Shown here: positions 1-9,608 of the stretch, one piece after another
Position numbering within the stretch: position 1 is the stretch's first letter
How the letters are laid out: every line of letters starts with the position of its first letter
Source of the DNA: a candidate division WOR-3 bacterium
GTDB lineage: Bacteria; Hydrothermota; 32-111
Direction: 5' to 3'
DNA length: 64,000 nt
Assembly: GCA_037481815.1 (NCBI GenBank)
Contig: JBBFKX010000002.1
Span: 1 to 64,000 of the forward strand
Notes under the pieces: model-generated
The model's input: only the letters and a program-made list of their open reading frames with translations
Told to the model about the DNA's origin: nothing
Databases searched by the model: none
Made by a program: the position numbers and the translations under genes

Positions 1-560
1 GCTCTCACTACGGGTCCACCCATAGAATGTGCTACAATATATACTTTCTTTCCTGACTTGTTATATACTTTTTCTATAAAAGCCGCCACATGTTTTGCCC
101 ATTGACCGTGCTTGAAAGCACGCAAATAATCATCTTGGTATTTTTCTGTAGCGGGAATAAATAAAGGATTACCATTTTTGTCCTCTCCACTACCTATAAC
201 TCCAGTATCACCATCAGGATTATAATAACTAAAATTATAAACTACATTACCAGAAACATCTCTTGGATTTGAGTCTATTGTGCAGTCAAAGGGAATCCCT
301 TTTCTATATCCTTTATAACCAATAATCTTTAATAACGCTGTGCTATCTACTTCTATATATTTCCCCATTAATGAATCCCACTTCAATGGGTGCCACGAAA
401 ACAATGCTCCTTCTTTATTGCCATATTTGTCATTTCTTCTTAAGTCAGGTGAAGCTTTTCCATTTATACCATGGATAAACACAATATTTGGTAATAATTC
501 TTCTGAGTAAATAACTAGAACTAGTAATAGAAGCAAGAAAACAAAACTATACCTCTTCAT
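1..560 (-). CDS. Secreted alpha/beta-hydrolase (lipase/PGAP1-like); partial, runs off the window start
   Basis: Not in the ORF track. Manual translation from ATG at 560 (AGGAGG upstream): MKRYSFVFLLLLLVLVIYSEELLPNIVFIHGING...KKVYIVAHSMGGPVVR. Signal peptide, oxyanion-hole IVFIHG and nucleophile elbow AHSMG. Confidence 0.8.
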   Translation of the reverse strand, partial: MKRYSFVFLLLLLVLVIYSEELLPNIVFIHGINGKASPDLRRNDKYGNKEGALFSWHPLKWDSLMGKYIEVDSTALLKIIGYKGYRKGIPFDCTIDSNPRDVSGNVVYNFSYYNPDGDTGVIGSGEDKNGNPLFIPATEKYQDDYLRAFKHGQWAKHVAAFIEKVYNKSGKKVYIVAHSMGGPVVR

Positions 561-571
561 TATATTTCCTC

Positions 572-1570
572 CTAAAATTTATAACCAATTCCGATTCCGC
601 CAACTAAGCCTGTTATACATCCTGCTTTGAAATCAATTGTGTAAATAAATTTATAATTCAACATAGGTTCTATGTATAATTCTTTCCATATTTTATACTT
701 TTTCCCCCAGCCTATTCCAACTCCCCAAAAATCATATTTGAAATTAACTATATAGTTGTCATTTGTCTTAGAAACAACATAATTATTTGTTTTAAAATAT
801 TGTGCCAAAGCATAAGTAACTGATTCTGTTGGGTAAATTCCAAATATTATCTTTTCAATAATAACATTGAATTCATTTACCTCTACTTCAATACCTGTTG
901 AATAGAATAATGGACCAGAAATATAATAATTATATAATTGCATGAGAAGATTGATATTAAGTCTATTGTTTATTCTTTTACCACTTCTCAAACAAATTAA
1001 ATTTAAATCCAAAAAACCAGTGTTCGGAATTCCAATTTCATTATAGTAAGGGTATTCATAGTAAGGCAAAGCCACTCCAGATTGAATAGAGAGTGAAATA
1101 TTAATGTTTTCATCGATACCTTTTGCTTCTTCGTTTAATAAAAGTCTTTTCCACATCCTTTCAGCAAACACTAATCCTATTGGATATATGCACGGTGTGC
1201 AGTAATTATCAAGAGGTAAAAATTTATCATCTACTTCCTCAGCTATTGAATAAAGTGTTATCATCGGGATTAAATAAGTCAATCCATCAATCAAACACCC
1301 ATATCTCCAATCATATAGCCATGGATTCTTCTTTGCTTCAATTAGTGACAGGTTGTCTTTCTCTTTTAAAGAAGTAGTATCACTTGTATTTTCAGTGATG
1401 TTTGAACTATCCTTATGAATCTCTTGATCATTAATTTTAATTGTGTCCACCTGTTGTGTAGTATCTGCTTGCTGTGTTGTATCTGCTTCTGATTGAATTT
1501 CCCCATCTGTTGTCTGGCTGTATACCCCCAATACTCCAATCACAAGAAACAATATCAACAGTTTCTTCAT
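572..1570 (-). CDS. Exported protein, probable outer-membrane beta-barrel
   Basis: Signal peptide MKKLLILFLVIGVLGVYS; low-complexity D/T/Q linker; amphipathic strands; C-terminal GIGIGYKF resembles a beta-signal; GGAGG RBS. Confidence 0.55.
   Translation of the reverse strand: MKKLLILFLVIGVLGVYSQTTDGEIQSEADTTQQADTTQQVDTIKINDQEIHKDSSNITENTSDTTSLKEKDNLSLIEAKKNPWLYDWRYGCLIDGLTYLIPMITLYSIAEEVDDKFLPLDNYCTPCIYPIGLVFAERMWKRLLLNEEAKGIDENINISLSIQSGVALPYYEYPYYNEIGIPNTGFLDLNLICLRSGKRINNRLNINLLMQLYNYYISGPLFYSTGIEVEVNEFNVIIEKIIFGIYPTESVTYALAQYFKTNNYVVSKTNDNYIVNFKYDFWGVGIGWGKKYKIWKELYIEPMLNYKFIYTIDFKAGCITGLVGGIGIGYKF
1446..1487 (-). repeat. Imperfect 18-bp coding tandem repeat (ADTTQQ-ADTTQQ-VDT)
   Basis: Minus strand reads gca gat aca aca cag caa gca gat act aca caa cag gtg gac. 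Confidence 0.7.
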
Positions 1571-1594
1571 TCAGCCTCCCAAGTATAATGTTTT

Positions 1595-2515
1595 TGTAGT
1601 CTTTCCTAAATTGGGTGACTACAAAACTCTCCATTATTTTTAATTAAACCAAAATTAAAAATTTTATCAATAGGGTAAACATTAAGAACTTTAAACTCTT
1701 TTGAAATCTTTCCTCCTTGTAGTTCTTTTAACTTCTCTAAGGTCTGGTAGAAGTCTCTATTGTAGAACTCCTCTCCAACGGTTCTATGAAATCTTTCTAC
1801 TTTGATAATATGAGAATTTGATGCTCCCCTTATGTTAGTGAACTTTAAACCATTGTCTGTAAGTATTGATTGAATTCTAAATTCAAAAAGTTGGTTTACC
1901 TCTTTTAAGAAAAAAGGACTATTTAAAACAGTCTCTCTCCTATAGAGTTTCACATAAGCAACTCTTGAAGCATCATCTACTGCTCTAAATAAGGTTCTCT
2001 ATATATTTCACATCTATATGCACCATTTCAAATGGTTTCTTCTTCTCATATCTAATTATTTCTTTCTCTTCTTTAAATGTTGGTAATTTGTTTAAATTTC
2101 TTTTCTTTAAAACATTGTATACTCCATAAGGTGAGATAGAGATTCATCTCCTTTTTAACTTGTAAGCAATTCTCAATGGACCAAAAGGAGTATTAAGCCT
2201 CAGTTTAACTATTTGATCCTCGATAGAAGGAAATGCCCTTTTTCTATTCTTCTTTCCCCCAACTTTCTTATTTATTAATCCTTCTTTTCCATATTCCCTC
2301 TATTTTTTTAACCATTTAAAGAAAGTTGAAATACCAAACATTTCTGCTATTTCATAACTTGATTTTCTTTCATAAGATACATCTATACCGTCATTAGCCT
2401 TACATTAGTCAGGATATTTGTGATATGAAAACTTGCGGGTGATTCCTCCTTTTAAATATATTTTGGGGTATTATATCCTAACTTTAAGGAGTCACCCAAT
2501 TATGAAATTAGCACA
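1595..2515 (-). mobile_element. Degenerate IS481-family insertion sequence (~921 bp)
   Basis: Imperfect 26-bp terminal inverted repeats with TGT...ACA ends: 1595-1620 TGTAGTCTTTCCTAAATTGGGTGACT vs reverse complement of 2490-2515 TGTGCTAATTTCATAATTGGGTGACT (19/26, inner 12 bp identical). Flanks ATGTTTT (1588-1594) and ATATTTT (2516-2522) look like a decayed target duplication. Confidence 0.8.
1606..2390 (-). pseudogene. IS481-family transposase pseudogene (HTH + rve integrase core)
   Basis: Fragments across frames with stops and frameshifts: EIAEMFGIS-TFFKWLKK*REYGKEGL, FGPLRIAYKL, GVYNVLK, PFEMVHIDVK, AVDDASRVAYV, ILTDNG, KVERFHRT. Start coordinate approximate. Confidence 0.8.
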
Positions 2516-2525
2516 ATATTTTCTA

Positions 2526-2553
2526 TTGACTTGATACTCTTTTTTTCTATAAT
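2526..2553 (+). promoter_or_regulatory. Sigma70-type promoter of the glmM operon (near-leaderless)
   Basis: TTGACT-16 nt-TATAAT; ATG 10 nt downstream. Confidence 0.7.
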
Positions 2554-2563
2554 AGGTTAACTT

Positions 2564-3886
2564 ATGGGTTTGATAAGAAGCGTTTCGGGTATTAGAGGTT
2601 TGGTTGGAAAAGATCTCAACAATGTAAACGTAGCACATTTTGCTTCCATCTTTGCTGATTTTATAAGTAAAGGTACAGTTATAGGTGGCAGGGATACAAG
2701 AGCTTCCGGTGACATACTTTCCCAGATATTTTTAAAATCTTTAAATTTTAAAGGTATAGATACAATTTTTTGTGGAATAGTACCAACTCCCACAATCCTT
2801 TTCCTTGTAAAAAAGTTAAAACTCTCCGGCGGCTTTATAATAACAGCGTCACATAATCCAAAAGAATATAACGGAATTAAGTTTGTTTCAAGTTGTGGAA
2901 GATTTTTGAACAGAAAAGATTATATTACTTTTATGAACTATGAGCAAAATCCACTACCTTTCAAAGAGAACTATAAAAACAATATAAACGATTTCAACCT
3001 TTACAAAAAACATATAAAAGAAGTTCTTTCGATACCATTTGTTAACAGATCAAAAATAAAAAGAAGAAAGTTAAAAGTTGTTTTTGATGGTGGTAGTGGT
3101 GCAGGTAGTATCATAATCCCTGAACTACTTGAAAATCTTGGTGTAAAACTTTCAACGATCAACACAAACATAGATGGGAAATTTAACAGAAACCTTGAAC
3201 CGATCCCTGACAACCTTAAAGGACTTGTGAAAGAGGTTAAAAACAAAAAAGCGGATATAGGTTTTGCAACGGATGGAGATGGAGATAGAATAGCGATAGT
3301 TACCCCAGAAAAAGGTGCGATATCAGAAGAGTACACGATAACTATTTCAGGGCTTTATGCTCTTTCAAAGTTGAAACCAAAAAGGATAGTTATAAATCAA
3401 TCAACAAGCAGTATGCTTGAAATACTCGCCAAGAAAAATAATTTCACAGTTTTACGAGCACCAGTTGGAGAAGCGAATGTAGTTGACTCGATAATTTTGA
3501 ATAAAGCACCTATAGGTGGAGAAGGTAACGGTGGAGTGATACTTCCATCGGTAAATTTAACAAGGGATGCTCTTGTTGCAATAACTCTTATTCTTGGTTA
3601 CCTTGCTGAAAGCAAAAAAGATATCGATGAGATTATAGATGAACTACCAAAACTTTATATGGTCAAGAAAAAATATGATATAAACTCATCCGCAGCACTT
3701 GAAAGGATTGAAAATGAGTTTAAAGGAGTGCCTCTCGATAACACCGATGGGTTAAGGTTTACTTTTGAAGATGGATTTTTACATATAAGAAGATCAGGAA
3801 CAGAACCTTTAATAAGATTGATATGTGAATTCACAACACCTGAAAGAACTTCAGAAATGATAAAAAGGGTTGAGGGATTACTTTAA
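2564..3886 (+). CDS. glmM: Phosphoglucosamine mutase / alpha-D-phosphohexomutase
   Basis: SGIRG, TASHNP phosphoserine loop, DGDGDR metal loop, GGEGNGG, RRSGTEP; abuts glmS. Confidence 0.85.
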   Translation: MGLIRSVSGIRGLVGKDLNNVNVAHFASIFADFISKGTVIGGRDTRASGDILSQIFLKSLNFKGIDTIFCGIVPTPTILFLVKKLKLSGGFIITASHNPKEYNGIKFVSSCGRFLNRKDYITFMNYEQNPLPFKENYKNNINDFNLYKKHIKEVLSIPFVNRSKIKRRKLKVVFDGGSGAGSIIIPELLENLGVKLSTINTNIDGKFNRNLEPIPDNLKGLVKEVKNKKADIGFATDGDGDRIAIVTPEKGAISEEYTITISGLYALSKLKPKRIVINQSTSSMLEILAKKNNFTVLRAPVGEANVVDSIILNKAPIGGEGNGGVILPSVNLTRDALVAITLILGYLAESKKDIDEIIDELPKLYMVKKKYDINSSAALERIENEFKGVPLDNTDGLRFTFEDGFLHIRRSGTEPLIRLICEFTTPERTSEMIKRVEGLL

Positions 3887-5734
3887 ATGTGTGGTATAGT
3901 TGGTTACATAGGTGAAAAGAAAGCTATTGATATTCTTTTGAACGGTTTAAAAAGGCTGGAATATCGAGGATACGATTCTTCAGGCATCTCATTTTATTGT
4001 GATGAAGAAAAAAAACTTGAGATAATCAAAAAATCAGGGAAGATAAAAGATCTTGTTAAAGAGATCGAAAAGAGAAAACCATGTGCTTCACACATTGGAA
4101 TAGCACATACAAGATGGGCAACACATGGTGAACCAAACGATATCAATGCCCATCCACACTCTGATTGTAATGAAAAAATTTCTCTCGTTCATAATGGGAT
4201 AATTGAAAATTATAGAACTTTAAAAAGTTTTCTTATAGATAAGGGACATAAATTCAGGTCTGAAACCGATACCGAAGTTTTAGTTCATCTTATAGAGCAT
4301 TTCTATAAAGGAGACCTACTTGAATCTGTAAAAAAGTCTTTAAAGATGGTTGAAGGAACTTACGGTATTCTTGTTCTCTCATCATACCAACCTGATACCA
4401 TAATTGCTGCGAGAAAAGGTAGTCCACTTATAATTGGAAAAGCTAAAGATCAAATGATTGCAGCATCTGATGCTTCAGCTATAGTTTCCTTGACAAACCA
4501 GATCCTCTATATGCAGGATTATGATATAGCAAAAATAACAAAGGATGATGTTGAAATTTTCAATATAGAAACCGATCAGATAACAGACAGTGAATTCGAG
4601 CAGATCGATATGACTCTTTCACAGATTGAAAAAGGTGGATACAGCCACTTTATGGAGAAAGAGATTTTTGAACAACCGGAAGCGTTGAAGAATACTTTTA
4701 GAGGAAGAATCGATAAAGCCAATGGAACTTTCAGGTTGAATGGAATAAAGGATAAATTCAACGATCTTTTGAACGCAGAAAGGATCATAATAACAGCATG
4801 TGGAACTTCATGGCATGCATCACTTATAGGGAAATATCTTATAGAAAAGTTCACACAGATTCCAGTTGAGGTTGATTACGCTTCAGAGTTCAGATATAGA
4901 AATCCGATAATTACTCCAAAAACTGTTGTAATACTTGTAAGTCAATCTGGTGAAACCGCTGATACACTCGCTGCTTTAAGGGAAAGTAAAAATAAAGGTG
5001 CAACGACTATTGGTATTTGTAATGTTGTTGGTTCAACTATAGCGAGAGAAACAGATTGTGGTATATACACACATGTTGGACCTGAAATCGGAGTGGCATC
5101 TACAAAAGCGTTCACTGCACAGGTTCTCGTATTTTTTATGTTATCGGTTGCACTGGGAAGAAAGAAAATGTTAACATTTGAGGATGGAATCAATCTCATA
5201 AAAAATGTTGAAATTATACCGGACAAGATAAATGAAATTTTGAATGATAAAGACAGAATATCAAAAATAGATAAAATCGTTGAAAAAATATATAACAAAA
5301 CAAATTTTCTTTATCTTGGAAGAGGGATAAACTATCCTGTTGCTCTCGAAGGTGCTTTGAAATTAAAAGAAATTTCTTATATCCACGCTGAAGGTTACCC
5401 TGCTGCTGAGATGAAACATGGGCCTATAGCTCTCATCGATGAAAATATGCCAGCACTTTTTATTTCTTTAAAAGATAGTATCTATGAAAAAATAATCAAC
5501 AACATTAAAGAGATAAAAGCAAGAAAAGGTTATGTCATAGCGATAGCAAACAAAGGTGACAATGAGATTGAAAAGATAGTTGATGATGTTATCCATATAC
5601 CTGATACGATTGAAGAACTTTCACCTCTCCTTTCGGTTATACCATTACAACTCATCGCCTATAAAACGGCTGTAAAAAAAGGTCTTGATGTTGATATGCC
5701 AAGAAACCTTGCAAAATCTGTTACAGTTGAATGA
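3887..5734 (+). CDS. glmS: Glutamine--fructose-6-phosphate aminotransferase (isomerizing)
   Basis: MCGIVG, LEYRGYDSSG, HTRWATHG, SQSGETADT, EMKHGP, PRNLAKSVTVE. Confidence 0.98.
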   Translation: MCGIVGYIGEKKAIDILLNGLKRLEYRGYDSSGISFYCDEEKKLEIIKKSGKIKDLVKEIEKRKPCASHIGIAHTRWATHGEPNDINAHPHSDCNEKISLVHNGIIENYRTLKSFLIDKGHKFRSETDTEVLVHLIEHFYKGDLLESVKKSLKMVEGTYGILVLSSYQPDTIIAARKGSPLIIGKAKDQMIAASDASAIVSLTNQILYMQDYDIAKITKDDVEIFNIETDQITDSEFEQIDMTLSQIEKGGYSHFMEKEIFEQPEALKNTFRGRIDKANGTFRLNGIKDKFNDLLNAERIIITACGTSWHASLIGKYLIEKFTQIPVEVDYASEFRYRNPIITPKTVVILVSQSGETADTLAALRESKNKGATTIGICNVVGSTIARETDCGIYTHVGPEIGVASTKAFTAQVLVFFMLSVALGRKKMLTFEDGINLIKNVEIIPDKINEILNDKDRISKIDKIVEKIYNKTNFLYLGRGINYPVALEGALKLKEISYIHAEGYPAAEMKHGPIALIDENMPALFISLKDSIYEKIINNIKEIKARKGYVIAIANKGDNEIEKIVDDVIHIPDTIEELSPLLSVIPLQLIAYKTAVKKGLDVDMPRNLAKSVTVE

Positions 5735-6378
5735 AAAATTTTTTTTATATTTTTTGTATTTTACCTTCAATCATCTTCCCTTCGATCACAAAAGAAACAC
5801 TCATAAAAAATTTCGATCAGAAAGAAAAAATTTTTGAGTCAACAATAAAATATCTAAAAATTGAAACTTTTACAAAATTTGATTATGGAGAAATACTATA
5901 TTACAATTCTTACATAGAAGATTTTATAGATTCTTTAAAAATCAGATCTTTTTTATACGATACTACATTCAAAGATACAATATCATACCTTTATAGAATC
6001 AAAAAGAATTCACCTGTGGTTACAAAACTTCTTCCTGAAGAAAAAAATCTGATACTTTATCCGGAAAATATTTTTAAAGGAACGAATTTAAAATATCTTT
6101 TACCTGACTCGTTCATCATTGAGGATGATGGAAAAAATTTAATTTTAAAAAATGTGAAAAGGAATGAACCTTTCGTTTATATTGTGCTTGATAAAAAAGA
6201 TTTAAGTTTAAAAGAGTTGAGTTTAAAAAACATTTACGATCAGATTATTTTCAAAGTAATAAAAAACAGATATCTGAAAAATGGTATAGTTCTACCGGAT
6301 AGTTATGAAATAACAGGTGTGAACACAAAAACTGTTTCTTTCTCAAAAATAAAAAATTTAACTGTTGAATACAGATGA
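5731..6378 (+). CDS. Exported hypothetical protein (possibly LolA-like fold)
   Basis: Signal-like N-terminus, beta-rich pattern, ATGA overlap with glmS. The fold guess is weak. Confidence 0.45.
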   Translation: MKNFFYIFCILPSIIFPSITKETLIKNFDQKEKIFESTIKYLKIETFTKFDYGEILYYNSYIEDFIDSLKIRSFLYDTTFKDTISYLYRIKKNSPVVTKLLPEEKNLILYPENIFKGTNLKYLLPDSFIIEDDGKNLILKNVKRNEPFVYIVLDKKDLSLKELSLKNIYDQIIFKVIKNRYLKNGIVLPDSYEITGVNTKTVSFSKIKNLTVEYR

Positions 6379-6509
6379 GAAAAAAAATCATTTTTTTCGT
6401 TTTTCTTTTAATTTTTTTAATACTCCTTTTTGTTGGAATCATTTTAAAACAATACGATCTTGTTTACAATTTTGGAAGGTTCATCTGTTTTGATTGTATC
6501 GGTTTATGA
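6375..6509 (+). CDS. Small membrane CxxC protein, CD1871A-like (44 aa)
   Basis: Below the ORF-track cutoff. MRKKIIFFVFLLIFLILLFVGIILKQYDLVYNFGRFICFDCIGL*; ATGA overlaps on both sides; directly upstream of a 4Fe-4S membrane protein, the usual context. Confidence 0.75.
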   Translation: MRKKIIFFVFLLIFLILLFVGIILKQYDLVYNFGRFICFDCIGL

Positions 6510-7327
6510 AAAAAAAATTTAAAATATCTTCAAGAAGAATAATACAGATCGTTTCCTTTATAGTTTTTAATCCATACATACTGTTAAATCCAAAAGCGGG
6601 AAAAGTTTTGTATCAGGGCAAATTAAAATCTTTATGTGTCCCCATCCTGAACTGTTATTCCTGCCCTCTTGCTGTTGGTAGTTGTCCTCTTGGGGCTTTA
6701 CAACAGATGATAAAAATTTCTCAAATCCCATATCTTTTGTTAGGATTTTTTGGAACTATCGGAATTTTTATTGGAAGGTATCCATGTGGAAACTTCTGTC
6801 CTTTCGGTTTTTTACAGGAACTTTTATATAAAATAAAAAGTTTTAAGTTTAGAGTCAAAAGACCATTCAGATACATAAAATATATTTTTCTCATTCTTTC
6901 TTTTTTAATTCCATTTTTTTACAAAGAACCGTTTTTTTGTAAGTTTATCTGTCCTGCCGGAACGATCGAAGCAAGTTTACCTCAGATACTTTTTAATCCA
7001 GCACTTTTATCAAACATTAGCTGGATATTCTACTTAAAAATATTTCTTGGAATCGCGTTTGTTTTTACCTCAATCACAACAAAAAGATTTTTCTGTTCAA
7101 CAGTATGCCCAATAGGTGCAATATATGGATTGTTCAACAGAATAAGTTTACTCCAGATCAAATATGATAAAGAAAAGTGTTCAAAATGTGGTGTTTGTAA
7201 CGCTGTTTGCCCTATGGATATAAACATTTATGAAAACACCAAAGATATAGATTGTATAAGGTGTTTTGAGTGTGTTAACAGATGTCCTTATGGAGCGTTG
7301 AAGGTTTCAAACAATTTTAAAAAATAA
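6506..7327 (+). CDS. Membrane 4Fe-4S binding protein (NapH/YccM-like polyferredoxin)
   Basis: CVPILNCYSCPLAVGSCP, CGNFCPFG, FCKFICPAG, FCSTVCPIG, CSKCGVCNAVCP, CIRCFECVNRCP. Start moved to ATG 6506. Confidence 0.85.
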   Translation: MKKKFKISSRRIIQIVSFIVFNPYILLNPKAGKVLYQGKLKSLCVPILNCYSCPLAVGSCPLGALQQMIKISQIPYLLLGFFGTIGIFIGRYPCGNFCPFGFLQELLYKIKSFKFRVKRPFRYIKYIFLILSFLIPFFYKEPFFCKFICPAGTIEASLPQILFNPALLSNISWIFYLKIFLGIAFVFTSITTKRFFCSTVCPIGAIYGLFNRISLLQIKYDKEKCSKCGVCNAVCPMDINIYENTKDIDCIRCFECVNRCPYGALKVSNNFKK

Positions 7328-7540
7328 TCATTTATTCTGTTCTAAAAACTGGTTCATCTCTTCAACGAATTTTTCCAAATCCTTAATTCCTTTACTTTCA
7401 AGTAGTTCCCTCAAACTCCCCCATACGGGAGCACCACATCTGATACATATTATATCGCGGTCCATAAGATAAGATATCAATTGTGGATACTCTCTTACAA
7501 TATCTTCAACTTCCATATCAAGTGATACTTTATTATTCAT
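7328..7540 (-). CDS. DUF1858-family small protein
   Basis: DMEVEDIVREYPQL...ICIRCG...SLRELL pattern. Confidence 0.7.
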   Translation of the reverse strand: MNNKVSLDMEVEDIVREYPQLISYLMDRDIICIRCGAPVWGSLRELLESKGIKDLEKFVEEMNQFLEQNK

Positions 7541-8744
7541 CCTCGTTCTCCTCCAGTACTTTTACAACATCCTCCGCTATAACCAGCTCTTCATTCGTTG
7601 GAATCACAAGAACTTTTACCTTTGAATCATCGGTTGAGATCACCATTTCTTTTCCTATACATGAATGGTTTTTTTCCCTGTCAACCTTTACACCCATAAA
7701 CTCCATACCTTTCAAAGAGATTTCTCTGACATCGGGATCGTTTTCTCCGATTCCAGCAGTAAAAACTATTGCATCAGGTCCTTCGAGAACAACTGAATAG
7801 GCACCGATAAATTTTTTCACTATATAACAGAATATCTGAAATGCGAGTTCAGCCCTTTTGTTTCCATTTTTTGCAGCGTTCTTGACCTCCCTCATATCGG
7901 AAGAAACACCTGAAACACCCAAAAGCCCAGAATGTTTTGTTAAAAGTGATGTTGCCTGTTCTATAGTTAACTCTTCTTTTTCCATTATGTTCAGAATAAC
8001 AGCAGGATCAAAATCACCACACCTTGTTCCCATCATGACACCTGCGATAGTTGAAAAACCCAAAGATGTATCTATCGAGCGACCATTTTTCACAGCACTG
8101 ATAGAACATCCGTTTCCAAGATGACATGTTATCACTGAAAAATCATTGATATTCCTGTCAAGTATTTCGCAACTCCTCTTGGAAACATAGTAATGACTCG
8201 TTCCATGAAATCCATACCTTCTGATCTTATACTTTTCATAAAAAACATAAGGTATAGGATAAATGTAAGCGACCTCAGGAAGTGATTGATGAAACGCTGT
8301 ATCAAAAACTGCAACCTGTGGAACTTTTGGTAGTGCTTTTATCGCAGCGTTTATTCCCCTTAAATTGTAAGGATTATGAAGCGGTGCTATCTCAGAGTAC
8401 TCTTCTATAGCTTTTATCACCCTATCGTTTATCAACACAGATCTTGAAAATTTTTCACCTCCATGAACAACTCTGTGTCCAACAGCATCTATTTCATTAA
8501 TCGACATCAAGACACCATGTTGTTTATCAACTATAAGTTTTAAAACATTTTCGATTGCAACCGAATGACTTATTATTTCATCCTCCAACTCATAAACATC
8601 ACCATCGAACCTTTTCTGTTTTATTACCGATTTTGTCATTCCTATTCTGTCAACAAGACCCCTTAGAAGTGAATCACCTGTTGATGTATCTATGATCTGA
8701 TATTTCAAAGAAGAACTGCCTGAATTTAAAACTAAAACTTTCAT
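7533..8744 (-). CDS. ackA: Acetate kinase
   Basis: LNSGSSSLKY, GHRVVHGG, APLHNP, FDTAFH, RYGFHGTSH, HLGNG, FTAGIGEN, PTNEE. Confidence 0.97.
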   Translation of the reverse strand: MKVLVLNSGSSSLKYQIIDTSTGDSLLRGLVDRIGMTKSVIKQKRFDGDVYELEDEIISHSVAIENVLKLIVDKQHGVLMSINEIDAVGHRVVHGGEKFSRSVLINDRVIKAIEEYSEIAPLHNPYNLRGINAAIKALPKVPQVAVFDTAFHQSLPEVAYIYPIPYVFYEKYKIRRYGFHGTSHYYVSKRSCEILDRNINDFSVITCHLGNGCSISAVKNGRSIDTSLGFSTIAGVMMGTRCGDFDPAVILNIMEKEELTIEQATSLLTKHSGLLGVSGVSSDMREVKNAAKNGNKRAELAFQIFCYIVKKFIGAYSVVLEGPDAIVFTAGIGENDPDVREISLKGMEFMGVKVDREKNHSCIGKEMVISTDDSKVKVLVIPTNEELVIAEDVVKVLEENEDE

Positions 8745-8750
8745 CTTTAC

Positions 8751-9608
8751 CTACCTGTAATTTAAAAATCCCTGTTTTGCTTTTATTCCTGTATAACCTT
8801 TATCGAGAAGATTTTTCAAAATTTCTGGAACCTTATAAACTGAACTATCTATCTTTGAAAGTTCCTCAATCCACATCTTGATATTGTCAAGTCCTATCTC
8901 ATCAGCCATCGAGAGTGGCCCTTTGTACATTTTTAATCCTTTTTTCATAACAAGATCAAACTCCTCGGGAGATATGCCAGTTTCTCTCATAACATCGCAT
9001 GCCTCAAGAACTGTCGCTATCAAAACTCTTGGACCGATAAGTCCTGCACCATCTTTCAGTTCAACTATTTTCAGATCAAGTTTTGCAAAAAATTCTTTTA
9101 CTATCTCAAGTGTGGTTTCCGAAGTATTCTCATTTTTAAAAAGTTCGATTAATTTATAAATCGGAACAGATGGAACAGGATGTATGTTTACAGATTTCTG
9201 TTCAAGTTCATCGTTTTCTAAAACATCTTTTAAACTGTTCGTCTGCGAGGTAAAGATAACGGGGATATTCATGTTGACTTCATTTTTTATCTTTTCCCTG
9301 ACCTCTCTTTTCCTCTGTAATCTTTCTTCAACCGATTCAACAAGAATATCTATATCGTGTTTTGAAAAATCAGCAAGATTCTCTATATGTTCAATCCTTG
9401 AAAGCATAACCTTTTTATCCTTTAAAGTGAGTCCCCAGTGTTCTATTTCATAGTCAATATTTCTTTCGATTATATTCAATCCAGCCTGATAAACATCATA
9501 ATCTTTTTCGTAGATAACAGCGGTTAGCCCTTTGTTTAAAACTGATTGAACAAGACCGGGACCAAGATTCCTAATTCCATAAAAACCAATTTTTGTTATC
9601 TTTATCAT
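8751..9608 (-). CDS. 3-hydroxyacyl-CoA dehydrogenase-family protein with degenerate motifs
   Basis: ESVEE, GPLSMADEIGLD and G-x-K-x-x-x-GF C-terminus typical of Hbd/FadB; NAD-binding and catalytic motifs altered. Confidence 0.75.
   Translation of the reverse strand: MIKITKIGFYGIRNLGPGLVQSVLNKGLTAVIYEKDYDVYQAGLNIIERNIDYEIEHWGLTLKDKKVMLSRIEHIENLADFSKHDIDILVESVEERLQRKREVREKIKNEVNMNIPVIFTSQTNSLKDVLENDELEQKSVNIHPVPSVPIYKLIELFKNENTSETTLEIVKEFFAKLDLKIVELKDGAGLIGPRVLIATVLEACDVMRETGISPEEFDLVMKKGLKMYKGPLSMADEIGLDNIKMWIEELSKIDSSVYKVPEILKNLLDKGYTGIKAKQGFLNYR

Noticed and set aside
3860..3890. glmS ribozyme (also TPP riboswitch at thiN and lysine riboswitch at dapB)
   Set aside because: glmS abuts glmM with no spacer; thiN and dapB have no leader space.
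6375..6509. Selenocysteine read-through at the TGA of the CxxC peptide
   Set aside because: Both Cys are TGT; the TGA falls at the expected C-terminus and is part of an ATGA overlap.
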